The position numbers and the translations under genes were made by a program. Under the pieces are notes generated by a model. It was given only the letters and a program-made list of their open reading frames with translations. It searched no databases and had not been told where the DNA came from. A stretch of 64,000 nucleotides of DNA from Flavobacteriales bacterium (GTDB lineage Bacteria; Bacteroidota; Bacteroidia; M30B66), in the NCBI GenBank assembly GCA_040403315.1, contig JBBAKX010000002.1, positions 377,944 to 441,943 on the forward strand, written 5' to 3'. Numbering within the stretch: the stretch's first letter is position 1; the number at the start of each line of letters is the position of its first letter. Positions 39,505 through 48,974 of the stretch are shown here, piece after piece.

Positions 39505-41556
39505 TTATCTTGAAAGAATCTTGAACTCAGTACGTCGGTTTAACTGACGGCCTTGATCTGTATCGTTTGGCGCAATTGGTTCGGTAAAACCATACCCCTT
39601 GAACTCAAGACGCTCCTTTTTGATACCTTTCTTTTCAACTAGGTAGTCTACTACTGAAAGAGCACGGCTTGTAGAAAGCTTTTCGTTGTAAGCCGCTGAA
39701 CCAACGTTATCTGTATGCGATGAAATCTCGATACGCATGGTTGGATTCACATCTAAAAGTTTCGCTAAGCGTTCTATTTCGGAAATTGATTGCGTGCGTA
39801 AAGTCGACTTATTGAAATCATAGAAAATATTTCTCAAGACGATCTTCTGCCCTACTTCCAACTTGTTGAGCTCTATGTCTTTGTTGATTTCTTGGTATTG
39901 TTTAGACTTTGGCAAATCGACGTTTTCAGAATAAAACAAGAAACCTTCCATAGTAACGGCAATTCCATAGTTTCGTCCAGAAGGAAGTGAAACAAGATAC
40001 TTACCTGTTTTAGAGTTCGATTGGAAAGTTGAAACCACTTCGTTCTTCTCATTGTCGGTAATCACAATCACTGCGTTGAGAGGCTCTTTCGACAATGCAT
40101 CAGTAACTGTTCCTTTGAGGATTGTTACGTTTGAAGCGAACTTCCTATCGAGTTTGGGTTCAATTACAGATTCACGTTCTAAAATAGAGCTCGATAGAAG
40201 CAACTGATCCTGTATGTTCATCACGGTTTCCTTTTCAGGACCGAGAAGAGTAATCATGTAAATATCTGTTTCTCCGATGGCATCCATCCTTGCAGAGGAG
40301 TAATAACCATGTTTACCTGAAGCAGATACTACAAAGAAAACATCTCTATCGGCTGAATTGATAGGATAACCAACATTTTCAGGCTCCGACCATTTTCCAT
40401 TTTCGAACACAGTTCTGAAGATGTCGTAGCTGCCCATCGTCTTGTGACCTTTCGAACTGAAATACATCGTTTTACCATCTGGATGCATGTAAACAGCTTC
40501 CTCGTCGTAAGGCGTATTGATGGTTGGCCCAAGGTTTTCGGCTGGAAGCCAGTTGCCTTTTTCGTCTTGTCGCGTTACAAAAATATCGAAGCCGCCGATA
40601 CTACCAGTAGGCTTGTCGGTTACAAAATAAATCGACTTTTCGTCGTAAGAAAAACAGGCGTGAATCTCAGAGAAATCAGTGTTGATAGCTTTTCCGCCTG
40701 CAGATTCAGGTTTCGACCATTTATCCCCTTCAAGTTTCGACATTAGGATATCGCCTTTGTTGTCGCCATCATCAGAATAAATGAAGAGTTTTTGACCGTC
40801 GTTTGAAAGTGCGATTGTAGCATCGTGCTCTCGGGTATTTACAGGAGCTTGAAGAGTCAACGGTGGCGTCCAAATGCTGTTTTGTTTGGTTGAAGAATAG
40901 ATATCTTCGAAATACAAACCATCGTCGGCAATAAGTTTTCCGGTCGTATTATCTCGGCGAGAAGTAAAGAACATGATCGATTCATCGGCAGAAATTACCG
41001 CTGCATATTCTCTGTATTTAGAATTCACAACAGGCCCCATGTTTTCGATGTTCACTCGAACTGGATTGGCTACTAGTCGTTTGCCTTCATTACATTCTGT
41101 AATACGCTTATCTGGATCGAAGCCTGGCTTTTTTTCTTGCACACCTTTGTACAATGCATAATACTTAATCGCATTTTCGAAATCGTGGTTAAGATGATAT
41201 GCTTCACCAAGATGGAAAGTGATATGCGGATCGATTGCTGGGTCAAGCTGATATGCCTTGCGGAGGAAATCGAGCGATTTGAATTTATTCGGAGAATTGA
41301 GATAACAAATACCCAACTTGAAATTCAAAGAGGCATTGTTTGGATTGAAAGCATTGGCTTTGAGATAGTAGTCGATGGCGATATACATAGTGTAATCGGC
41401 ATTGTAGAAATAGCTGTCTCCAGTTTCAATATTCTGAACTGCATCCTTGAACCCTTTTTTGTCATTCGGGAAATTCTGCTTTTCAAATTCTGTGTTTTGC
41501 TGTGCCTGAAGCGACAGTAAACTCAAGAAAAAAATCAGGCTTAAAATCTTCTTCAT
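39505..41556 (-). CDS. PorE-like OmpA-family protein (TPR-PD40-CarboxypepD_reg-OmpA_C)
   Basis: TPRs, PD40 repeats (ENLGPTINT, HPDGKTMYFSS), SHTD..G...YN..LS..RA, NRRTEF. Start set at ATG 41556. Confidence 0.9.
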   Translation of the reverse strand: MKKILSLIFFLSLLSLQAQQNTEFEKQNFPNDKKGFKDAVQNIETGDSYFYNADYTMYIAIDYYLKANAFNPNNASLNFKLGICYLNSPNKFKSLDFLRKAYQLDPAIDPHITFHLGEAYHLNHDFENAIKYYALYKGVQEKKPGFDPDKRITECNEGKRLVANPVRVNIENMGPVVNSKYREYAAVISADESIMFFTSRRDNTTGKLIADDGLYFEDIYSSTKQNSIWTPPLTLQAPVNTREHDATIALSNDGQKLFIYSDDGDNKGDILMSKLEGDKWSKPESAGGKAINTDFSEIHACFSYDEKSIYFVTDKPTGSIGGFDIFVTRQDEKGNWLPAENLGPTINTPYDEEAVYMHPDGKTMYFSSKGHKTMGSYDIFRTVFENGKWSEPENVGYPINSADRDVFFVVSASGKHGYYSSARMDAIGETDIYMITLLGPEKETVMNIQDQLLLSSSILERESVIEPKLDRKFASNVTILKGTVTDALSKEPLNAVIVITDNEKNEVVSTFQSNSKTGKYLVSLPSGRNYGIAVTMEGFLFYSENVDLPKSKQYQEINKDIELNKLEVGQKIVLRNIFYDFNKSTLRTQSISEIERLAKLLDVNPTMRIEISSHTDNVGSAAYNEKLSTSRALSVVDYLVEKKGIKKERLEFKGYGFTEPIAPNDTDQGRQLNRRTEFKILSR

Positions 41557-41560
41557 ATGC

Positions 41561-42586
41561 TTATTTGCAATCGGCATCTATGTATGATTTGGCTACTTCA
41601 ACACCATTGAGTGTTGCTTCATTCCAGTCTTTACAGGCACCTGAAACATCGCGTAGATTTTCTTTGGCGATACCACGATTCAAATAGGCATAACCATAAT
41701 TTGGGTTGATAGTAATTGCTTTGTTGAAATCTTCAATCGCCCCTTGAAAGTCGCGGAGTTTATTTTTCAGACAACCTCTGTTATTAAAGGCAAATGGATC
41801 TTCTGTATTGAGCTCGATGGCTTTGTTAAAATCAGCCAATGAACCTTCCAAATCTTGCATATCGAATTTCAAACGACCTCGTTTTACATAAGAAGTACTG
41901 CCTTTGGGATCGGCTTTGATGGCGTAACCAAATTCAACCAAGGCGCCTTGCATATCGCCGGATACACGAAGAAGTGTTCCTAAGTTATTGTAAGCACAAC
42001 CGAGATTCGGACGAATTTTGGTGGCTTCGCGGTAATCTGAAATCGCTCCTTTGGTATCACCCGATTTTTGGCGAGCACTGGCACGATCATGAAAAGCTTC
42101 AGCAAAATCACTACGAGCATTAATGGCCTTGGTAAAAGTTTCACCGGCTTCGGAGAAAAGCCCTTTTTCAAAATAAATTCCTCCAGCATAATAAAAAGCT
42201 TCAGCATTTGCAGGGTTTCTGGTGCCTGATTGAAGGTAATCAGCAAGCGCTTCGTCTTTGTTACCATTGAGGTAAAGTGCCTGCGCACGGCTAAAGTATG
42301 CTCGGTCGGAAGATGTTGTATCTTTTCGGATGAAGCTGGAATAATCGGCAATGGCTCCTGTATAGTCGCTCAGGTCTGCTTTACAAACGCCACGGTTAAA
42401 CCAAGATTTAATCAAGGTAGAATCGAGTGCAATAGCTTTATCGAAACTCGCTATCGCCGATTTAATATCCTTATTGTTGAATTGGGAAATGCCCTGATTG
42501 TATGCTTCTACTGCCTGATCTGCCTGAGCGTACGAGTTGATAATCAACGCAGTAAGCATCAGTAAAACGGCTGAAATTCTTTTCAT
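41561..42586 (-). CDS. Secreted TPR-repeat protein
   Basis: Signal peptide, about 9 TPR units (AYNNLG, AFNNRG, GAIEDFNKAI), ACKDW tail. Start set at ATG 42586. Confidence 0.9.
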   Translation of the reverse strand: MKRISAVLLMLTALIINSYAQADQAVEAYNQGISQFNNKDIKSAIASFDKAIALDSTLIKSWFNRGVCKADLSDYTGAIADYSSFIRKDTTSSDRAYFSRAQALYLNGNKDEALADYLQSGTRNPANAEAFYYAGGIYFEKGLFSEAGETFTKAINARSDFAEAFHDRASARQKSGDTKGAISDYREATKIRPNLGCAYNNLGTLLRVSGDMQGALVEFGYAIKADPKGSTSYVKRGRLKFDMQDLEGSLADFNKAIELNTEDPFAFNNRGCLKNKLRDFQGAIEDFNKAITINPNYGYAYLNRGIAKENLRDVSGACKDWNEATLNGVEVAKSYIDADCK

Positions 42587-42723
42587 AGGTACCCTTTTTT
42601 GCGATTCTAATATAGGAATTAATGCAGCAAACCGTGTTAATGACAAGTGATAATTCAAATAAAAAATCCACAGCTAAAACAGCTGATTTTATTGGGCAAA
42701 ATAATCTATTTGGAAGGGAGATA

Positions 42724-43389
42724 CTATTTTCTATTTTGGTGATTGATGATCACTTCGAACAGGGAAGTATCTTGAAAGGTACTCAAGTCGTAAATTCCTG
42801 TATTGTTTTCGCGCAATTGTGCATGAAAAATATCGCGTTTCAGTACTTGGTAGAATGCCTTTTGAAAGAGTTCGGTGCAATAATAGGCCGTTGTATCTTC
42901 ATTGTCGAATTGATGGTCAAAAGGCTTTTTAGCATCGGCATAATAGGCTGCACGTCGAGCAATAAGATTAATGGTATCGGGAGTAGATTTGTATCGAACT
43001 ACGATGATGGAGCCAGGCATACTTTCATTCAGAAAGCGCTGTAGATTTTGGCGTTGAGCACCATCGAATGTGGCTACCGAGCTAGAAAGTGCATGAACTA
43101 CTTTCCAATTTTTATTTTCGTCGAGAATCATTGCGCAATGCGAAACTCGATACGGGCTATCTTGAACTTCAACTATACCATCGGAGAACATGCCATATCC
43201 TTTTCGAAGGATAATATCTCCATGACGAAGCAACCCTCTATCTTCTTGGCTCAGTGGGTAGAAAACTTGTTTGGTGTTTTCAGGATCCCAGAAGACTTTA
43301 TAAGTAATAAAGCCTATGAGCAGAAGAAAGAGGGTTGCAAAAATCAGGAGGATTTTCCGAAGGCGGGAGGCCTTTTTGAAAAACCCCAT
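42724..43389 (-). CDS. YiiX/YebB-like permuted NlpC/P60 cysteine hydrolase
   Basis: GDIILR, SHCAM, VVHA, FD..F, YYCTEL (His before Cys). Confidence 0.85.
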   Translation of the reverse strand: MGFFKKASRLRKILLIFATLFLLLIGFITYKVFWDPENTKQVFYPLSQEDRGLLRHGDIILRKGYGMFSDGIVEVQDSPYRVSHCAMILDENKNWKVVHALSSSVATFDGAQRQNLQRFLNESMPGSIIVVRYKSTPDTINLIARRAAYYADAKKPFDHQFDNEDTTAYYCTELFQKAFYQVLKRDIFHAQLRENNTGIYDLSTFQDTSLFEVIINHQNRK

Positions 43390-43395
43390 AATCAA

Positions 43396-43863
43396 TTACT
43401 TTGTTTCAGCAGCAGGAGCTTCAGCAGCAGGAGTAGCTGTGTCTGATGGCATTTCTGCACCAGCATCCATCATTCCGCCTTCCATACCACCAGCAGGAGC
43501 ACCTTCTTTTGGCATATGTACCATCCACTTATCACCAGCTTTTTTCAAGTTGATTTTTTCGTCTTTGTCTTCTACTTTGTAGTTACATACTGCTGTTGAA
43601 TCACCAGCATCTACTGTACACTTAAGGTCTTTGTACTCTTTTTTAGTAGCTTCTTTTTTCTCACCACCCATTGATGACAAGCTCTTCATGAAGTCGAGCA
43701 TACCTTTGGTATCTTCTGTAGAGAATTCTTTCGCTTTTTCGAAATCTTCTGCCATCAAAGCATCAAGATAACCCTTAGCTGAACCTTCAGGACCGTTACC
43801 GCCAGAGCAAGAAACCATCACCGCCACTAGAGCGATTGCAGCAAACTGAAATACTTTTTTCAT
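43396..43863 (-). CDS. DUF4878-like lipoprotein
   Basis: Lipobox MVSC, PEGSAKGYLDAL..DFEKAK, LKK..DKW.V. Confidence 0.75.
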   Translation of the reverse strand: MKKVFQFAAIALVAVMVSCSGGNGPEGSAKGYLDALMAEDFEKAKEFSTEDTKGMLDFMKSLSSMGGEKKEATKKEYKDLKCTVDAGDSTAVCNYKVEDKDEKINLKKAGDKWMVHMPKEGAPAGGMEGGMMDAGAEMPSDTATPAAEAPAAETK

Positions 43864-43945
43864 TTTATGAGAGATATGAGTTTAGATTGCAAAATTGGGG
43901 GTTATTCTTGTGATTTCCAACACAAATTTTAACAGTTTTTAACAA

Positions 43946-43985
43946 ATGAAAAGGGTTGAATAGTTTTACCATCCAACCCTTCATT
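43946..43985 (-). terminator. Probable terminator of the pyrE-SRPBCC unit
   Basis: Inverted repeat AAGGGTTG..CAACCCTT followed by TTCAT on the minus strand. Confidence 0.6.
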
Positions 43986-44012
43986 ATTCATCTATTCAGA
44001 TACTTACATTGC

Positions 44013-44408
44013 CTAAAATTGAGATGGCAACTTCTCAAGTAACATTTTGAAAAAATTCGTGAGTGGTGTTTCAACCATCATTTTCATAAACATGTTCACT
44101 TCGCCATTGAACACGATAGAAGTTTCGCATCCTGTTTCTGCTGAACGAATTAAAATATCAAGTTTGAAGGCAAATGGAACTTTCCCATGCGAACTTAACT
44201 TCAGCGTATGACTTGGAATACGCTCATCGATCTTCATCCCGATTTCTGCCATTCCTTTAATTATAAAGGTGCATTGGTCTGCGTCCGACTGCCAATTTTC
44301 TACTCGATCAGGCATCAGTTTTTGAAGATTATTCAAATCCGAAAGAAAGGTAAAAACCTGCTCATCGGTTGCTGCTACAGCTTTATAACCAGTGTCGATG
44401 GTGAGCAT
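44013..44408 (-). CDS. SRPBCC/START-like protein downstream of pyrE
   Basis: VFTFLSDLNNLQKLMP, NMFMKMMVETPLTNF. Confidence 0.78.
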   Translation of the reverse strand: MLTIDTGYKAVAATDEQVFTFLSDLNNLQKLMPDRVENWQSDADQCTFIIKGMAEIGMKIDERIPSHTLKLSSHGKVPFAFKLDILIRSAETGCETSIVFNGEVNMFMKMMVETPLTNFFKMLLEKLPSQF

Positions 44409-44409
44409 A

Positions 44410-45066
44410 CTAGGCGATTTTTAAAGTGGTTCCCCAAGCTTCAGGATTGTTTCTCCAGCTTCTCAGTTGCTCTTCGTCTTCTTTGCCAATGTACTTATTG
44501 TTTAAGGCACGGTCCAAAAGCACTTCGTAGTTACTCAAACTGAAATAAGGACATTTTTCTTCCTTAAACTGCTGAACTGCTTGATCGAAACCGTAATCAA
44601 AAATCGATACCAAACCTTTCACAATTGCTCCAGATTCACGAAGCGATTGCACTGCTTTGAGGCTACTTTTACCTGTTGAGATCAAGTCTTCGATAACGAC
44701 AACGGTTTGACCAGAGTCAACTTTCCCTTCTACTAAATTCTCCATACCGTGCCCTTTGGCAGCAGCACGAACGTAAATAAATGGGATACCCAATTCTTGA
44801 GCAACCAGAGCCCCGTGGGCAATTCCACCTGTGGCAACACCGGCAATTACATCAGGTTTTTCGAATTTCTCAAGGATCGCTTTTGAAATTTCCTGGCGGA
44901 TAAAGGTGCGCACTTTCGGATAAGAAAGGGTTAGCCTGTTATCACAGTAAATGGGTGATTTCCAACCTGAAGCCCATAAAAAAGGCTTGCTTGGCTGAAG
45001 TTTTATCGCTTTTATTTGCAATAAGAAATCTGCGAGTTGTTCTGCAGTATCTTTTTTGAAGATCAT
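44410..45066 (-). CDS. pyrE: Orotate phosphoribosyltransferase
   Basis: WASGWKSPIYCDNR, VATGGI, KGHG, VIEDLISTGKSS. Confidence 0.96.
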   Translation of the reverse strand: MIFKKDTAEQLADFLLQIKAIKLQPSKPFLWASGWKSPIYCDNRLTLSYPKVRTFIRQEISKAILEKFEKPDVIAGVATGGIAHGALVAQELGIPFIYVRAAAKGHGMENLVEGKVDSGQTVVVIEDLISTGKSSLKAVQSLRESGAIVKGLVSIFDYGFDQAVQQFKEEKCPYFSLSNYEVLLDRALNNKYIGKEDEEQLRSWRNNPEAWGTTLKIA

Positions 45067-45697
45067 GCCACAAAAATACGTCGTTTACCTCAACGGGAAA
45101 GCCCTACTTTTCAACAATCCGCAAGACGTTCATCCACAGAGTGATCTGTTTAGAATATTCGAAGGGAATTCAGGATTAATATTAACTGAAGCCCTTAATT
45201 GGCTTGATTTACAAACCGATACACTGGCTTCAGCATACATGCCTGATATACCTGTAACAGTCGGCTTGGAATTGTTGAAAAAGAATTTACACCACCTCAA
45301 AGCTGCTGGAGGAATTGTAGAAGAACCTTCAGGTAAAATACTCATGATCAAGCGTCTTGACTGTTGGGATCTTCCAAAAGGCAAAGCTGAAAAAGGAGAA
45401 TCAGATGCGGAAACTGCCGTTCGTGAAATCATGGAAGAAACCCTAATTCCAGAAGTTGTAAATCCAATCTACCTGCATACAACTTGGCATACCTATCCGC
45501 ACAAAGGGAAAACAGTACTCAAAGAAACGGTTTGGTTTACTTGTTCTACTTCTAAAGCTTGGCCTCTTGTGCCACAAACCGAAGAACAAATTACAGAGGC
45601 TTGTTGGGCATCAAAAGTTGAACTCAGAGAAATGATGCTCAATACATATCCTTCGATCCGAGATGTGATCGAGGCTGCGCATTTACTTACTTCTTAA
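45065..45697 (+). CDS. NUDIX hydrolase (Ap4A hydrolase-like)
   Basis: AAGGIV, WDLPKGKAEKGE..AVREIMEET, PQTEEQI. ATG at 45065. Confidence 0.88.
   Translation: MPQKYVVYLNGKALLFNNPQDVHPQSDLFRIFEGNSGLILTEALNWLDLQTDTLASAYMPDIPVTVGLELLKKNLHHLKAAGGIVEEPSGKILMIKRLDCWDLPKGKAEKGESDAETAVREIMEETLIPEVVNPIYLHTTWHTYPHKGKTVLKETVWFTCSTSKAWPLVPQTEEQITEACWASKVELREMMLNTYPSIRDVIEAAHLLTS
45071..45078 (-). promoter_or_regulatory. -7 element for pyrE, embedded in the NUDIX coding sequence
   Basis: TATTTTTG-TGGC-ATG on the minus strand. Confidence 0.6.
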
Positions 45698-47012
45698 TCA
45701 ATGTCGTAAATGCAGCTTCAACGCCTGTTTCGGGACCTTCGGCAGGCGCTTGGAAAATTTTTCCATGTCGATCTAACAATATATAAGTTGTGCGATCTTC
45801 CTTTTCTAACAAACCATTTATGCCATTGCTACAACTCGACAAGGTTACCACGTCGAATCCAGGCTGCATTGAAGATATGGCTTTTTCTAAACCAGCAGAT
45901 GTATTGGTTTTCACAACCACCAAGAAATGCATTTCTGATTTATATTTCGTGAAAGTCCCTTTTAACATGAGTATTTCACGACTTACGTCTTGGTCGAAAA
46001 CAGGGTAATAACATATATAAACAGGCTTTCCCACCAAATTACTCAATGCTTTTTCGGGCAACCCAAAGGTAAAATCTTCCACTTCGCGCCCTTTGGTATA
46101 TCGAAGCCAATCCTCTAATGTAACCTTCGATGCTAACTTTACAGTTTCATTGGTGCTCGACTCAGCAATATTAGAAACCAACTGTACCAACAACTGCTTA
46201 TCGAATTGTTTTTCGCGGCTTTCATTGAAGAGTCCCAATAAAAGAATCAAATCTCGAACATTTGCATTTTTAAGTGAGGTATCAGAAGCCATTAATGCTC
46301 TAATTCCTTGAATGTTCTTATCAACCATTAAGGTCTTCAACTCTAGACCATTTCGACCATTGAGTTTTTGAGATAAATATCCTTTAAACAAAGCTTGAAA
46401 TGATTCTACCCAAGCAATATTGTCGGGTTGTGGCTCACTACTAAAGTGCAATAAATTGAGATCAGTTCGCTTCCTTGTGTCGGTAATGATCTCCAAATAG
46501 GCAGTTCTGAATTGGATATAATTGCGAACAAACTCCGATTTTTCAGTGCTATTCTTTCGGAGTGTATCGCTAAAATACCTTAAATCTTTGGTGCGTTTAT
46601 TCAATGGCAATAAACTGGCTTGCAACAAGATGCCATCGCACAATGAGTCAATTTTTGCCAAACGGTTGTTGAGAACTGCTGCACTGCCACCCAAAATCCT
46701 CCAACGTTGCTCTTGTGCAGAAAAGTCCAATTTCAAAGTATCAGCATTGCTCAAATAAACGCCTGCACTGGCCTCTCCAGCATTTAATTGATAATAGGCA
46801 AACTTACCCTGAAGCTCAAACTCAAATGTTTGATACTGTTTGGTGAACGAGAAATCTTTTAATTTTAATTCTGACATCACGATAGGGTCAGAATATCGAC
46901 TAATGTTGCCTTTTATAGCCGAATCGCTCGACTTAATCATGAGCGTTGCATGTTGAGCAGAAAGGCAAATTCCAAACATCCAACAAAACACAAAAATCAA
47001 TGCTTTTTTCAT
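45687..47012 (-). CDS. Secreted protein with a degenerate C-terminal TlpA/thioredoxin-like domain
   Basis: Signal peptide; DFTF..LSNLVGKPVYICY, TYILLDRHGKI..APAEGP; no CxxC. Confidence 0.6.
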   Translation of the reverse strand: MKKALIFVFCWMFGICLSAQHATLMIKSSDSAIKGNISRYSDPIVMSELKLKDFSFTKQYQTFEFELQGKFAYYQLNAGEASAGVYLSNADTLKLDFSAQEQRWRILGGSAAVLNNRLAKIDSLCDGILLQASLLPLNKRTKDLRYFSDTLRKNSTEKSEFVRNYIQFRTAYLEIITDTRKRTDLNLLHFSSEPQPDNIAWVESFQALFKGYLSQKLNGRNGLELKTLMVDKNIQGIRALMASDTSLKNANVRDLILLLGLFNESREKQFDKQLLVQLVSNIAESSTNETVKLASKVTLEDWLRYTKGREVEDFTFGLPEKALSNLVGKPVYICYYPVFDQDVSREILMLKGTFTKYKSEMHFLVVVKTNTSAGLEKAISSMQPGFDVVTLSSCSNGINGLLEKEDRTTYILLDRHGKIFQAPAEGPETGVEAAFTTLIKK

Positions 47013-47067
47013 GACTTCCTTTCCAGAAACGATAACCCGAGAACGCTAAATATTAATTGAAAGTGCA

Positions 47068-47526
47068 CTACAATTTTACAGCATGAGGAACGAATGGTGT
47101 TGCATCTCCCCCATTTCTCACTATATCGCGAATTACTGTTGATGAAATGGCAGAAAGTTCGGGCAATGTCATCATGAAAATCGATTCAACAGAATAAAGC
47201 ATTGTTTTATTCATTTGGGCGATTGGGCGTTCGTAATTAAAGTCGGCCGATGTTCTTAATCCTCTCAAAATAAAACCAGCTTCTACCTTTCTGCAATATT
47301 CAACGGTTAACCCTTCATAACTATCTACCGAAACATTCGGAACATCTTTGAATATTTCTTGAATCCAGCCAATCCTTTTTTCTAAGCTGAACATATTGCC
47401 TTTGGTGGAATTTTTCCCAACCGCAACTATAATTTCGTCGAAAAGATTGAGGCTTCTACACACAATACTTTCGTGCCCGATTGTAAATGGATCAAACGAT
47501 CCAGGAAAAACTGCGATGCGTTTCAT
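47068..47526 (-). CDS. coaD: Pantetheine-phosphate adenylyltransferase
   Basis: FPGSFDPFTIGH, RGLR..DF.YE, ISST. Confidence 0.97.
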   Translation of the reverse strand: MKRIAVFPGSFDPFTIGHESIVCRSLNLFDEIIVAVGKNSTKGNMFSLEKRIGWIQEIFKDVPNVSVDSYEGLTVEYCRKVEAGFILRGLRTSADFNYERPIAQMNKTMLYSVESIFMMTLPELSAISSTVIRDIVRNGGDATPFVPHAVKL

Positions 47527-48074
47527 GCGGATGGCGGATGGATGGCGTTAAAAAAAGAAAAGTGCACTTTGCCGTAATGTCTTGTTTCGATAAAGCCTGG
47601 GATTGCTGTAAAATCTATATTTCCGGGGTGTTCAATCACCAAAATTCCACCGTCTTTCAAAAGTGGCTTGGTGAGAATTCCTTCCACAAGATCTCCATAT
47701 TTATCGTAATCGTAAGGTGGATCTGCAAAAATCAAATCGAAACGATCGCGGCTCCGTTCAATGGCAATCAGCGCATCGGTATTGTAAACCTTTGCCACTT
47801 TCGGAACAAGCTGATCTGCGTATTGGGCAATGAATTTCACACAACCAACATGCTTATCAACTGCAACAACGGAAGCAGCTCCGCGGGAAATTAACTCGAA
47901 GGTGATGTTTCCAGTACCTGCAAAAAGATCCATCGCCTCGATGCCTTCAAATTCAACGCGCATGTTGAGGTAATTGAACAGGCTTTCTTTCGCCATGTCG
48001 GTGGTTGGCCTAACTGGGAGATTGGCAGGAGCTGTTACACGCCGACTTCTGAATTTTCCACTAATAATTCTCAT
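47523..48074 (-). CDS. rsmD: 16S rRNA (guanine966-N2)-methyltransferase
   Basis: MRIISG, RPTTDMAKESLFN, DLFAGTG, FADPPY. Start set at ATG 48074. Confidence 0.93.
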   Translation of the reverse strand: MRIISGKFRSRRVTAPANLPVRPTTDMAKESLFNYLNMRVEFEGIEAMDLFAGTGNITFELISRGAASVVAVDKHVGCVKFIAQYADQLVPKVAKVYNTDALIAIERSRDRFDLIFADPPYDYDKYGDLVEGILTKPLLKDGGILVIEHPGNIDFTAIPGFIETRHYGKVHFSFFNAIHPPSA

Positions 48075-48930
48075 TTGCCGGATGTAAAAGATTGAGGTAA
48101 AAATGATCTTGCAATTTTGCGGTTCCATCAGCCGGAGGCGCTACTACAGGCTCTTTCGAACGGTTTAAAAAACGCAACTCACGAATATATTTAAACGCCG
48201 ATGCGTACAATGCCGAACCTGCGTCTATTTCGCCGCAAAGATGCAATATAACTTCATCACGGTTAAAATGATATCGATCGTAGGCCAACAAAATAAAGTA
48301 GATGAAATCATCCGGTGTTTGAAATTTGAACGAATTCGCGAGCATCAGGCGCTGGTCTTTCAACACGATTAAATCCATTCGAAAGTCTTGTACATGGCAG
48401 AAAACTCCATCTGGCCGTCCATTTTCGGAAGTTACTTTTTGCAAAAGATGATACAGATAATGGTGCTCAACAGTTTCAACGCCCAGCTCTTGTAAAAGCG
48501 GCTTCCAATTATCAGGTATGGCATAAACCACCCGAATTCCTTGGATGTTCAAAACATCATCTTGAATCAAATCGTTTTCATTCAACGAATGCACCAATGC
48601 CAAAAGATCTTTTGCAGAATTGGTTTCGAACAATGCTTCTGGCACCAAGGTATATTTTGGAGAAACCCAAATCATTTCACGCGATTTGAAATCCTGACGC
48701 ACCAATGGGTGACTCCTCAAAATTCGCGCTGCTGCCTGATGTGTTTGGAGTCCCGAATATCCCGCCCGAACGGTATACTTTTCAACCAAAGGGAATCGAT
48801 GCTGCATTGGATCGAACACTGCAAATAGCAATTCTTCGTCAGACAGCTGAATTCGAAGCACGCATTGTTGCAATTTATCCGGTTGAAAACCAGCATCAGC
48901 ATAACGTAAAAGTGGAACAGGCTCGAACAT
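48061..48930 (-). CDS. DUF3822 family protein
   Basis: TLVPEALF, NSFKFQTPDDFIYFIL; usual position upstream of rsmD in Bacteroidota. Confidence 0.82.
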   Translation of the reverse strand: MFEPVPLLRYADAGFQPDKLQQCVLRIQLSDEELLFAVFDPMQHRFPLVEKYTVRAGYSGLQTHQAAARILRSHPLVRQDFKSREMIWVSPKYTLVPEALFETNSAKDLLALVHSLNENDLIQDDVLNIQGIRVVYAIPDNWKPLLQELGVETVEHHYLYHLLQKVTSENGRPDGVFCHVQDFRMDLIVLKDQRLMLANSFKFQTPDDFIYFILLAYDRYHFNRDEVILHLCGEIDAGSALYASAFKYIRELRFLNRSKEPVVAPPADGTAKLQDHFYLNLLHPANENY

Positions 48931-48974
48931 CGGGGCACACTATCTTTGCGGCAAGTTTAACCCAAAACCACCGA

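Noticed and set aside
42622-43582. Plus-strand ORFs of 140, 132 and 88 aa
   Set aside because: They are antisense to well-supported minus-strand genes.
48705-48974. N-terminal 90-aa extension of the RecD-like ORF
   Set aside because: It overlaps DUF3822 on the opposite strand and lies upstream of or across the -7 element; the true start is probably TTG 48975.
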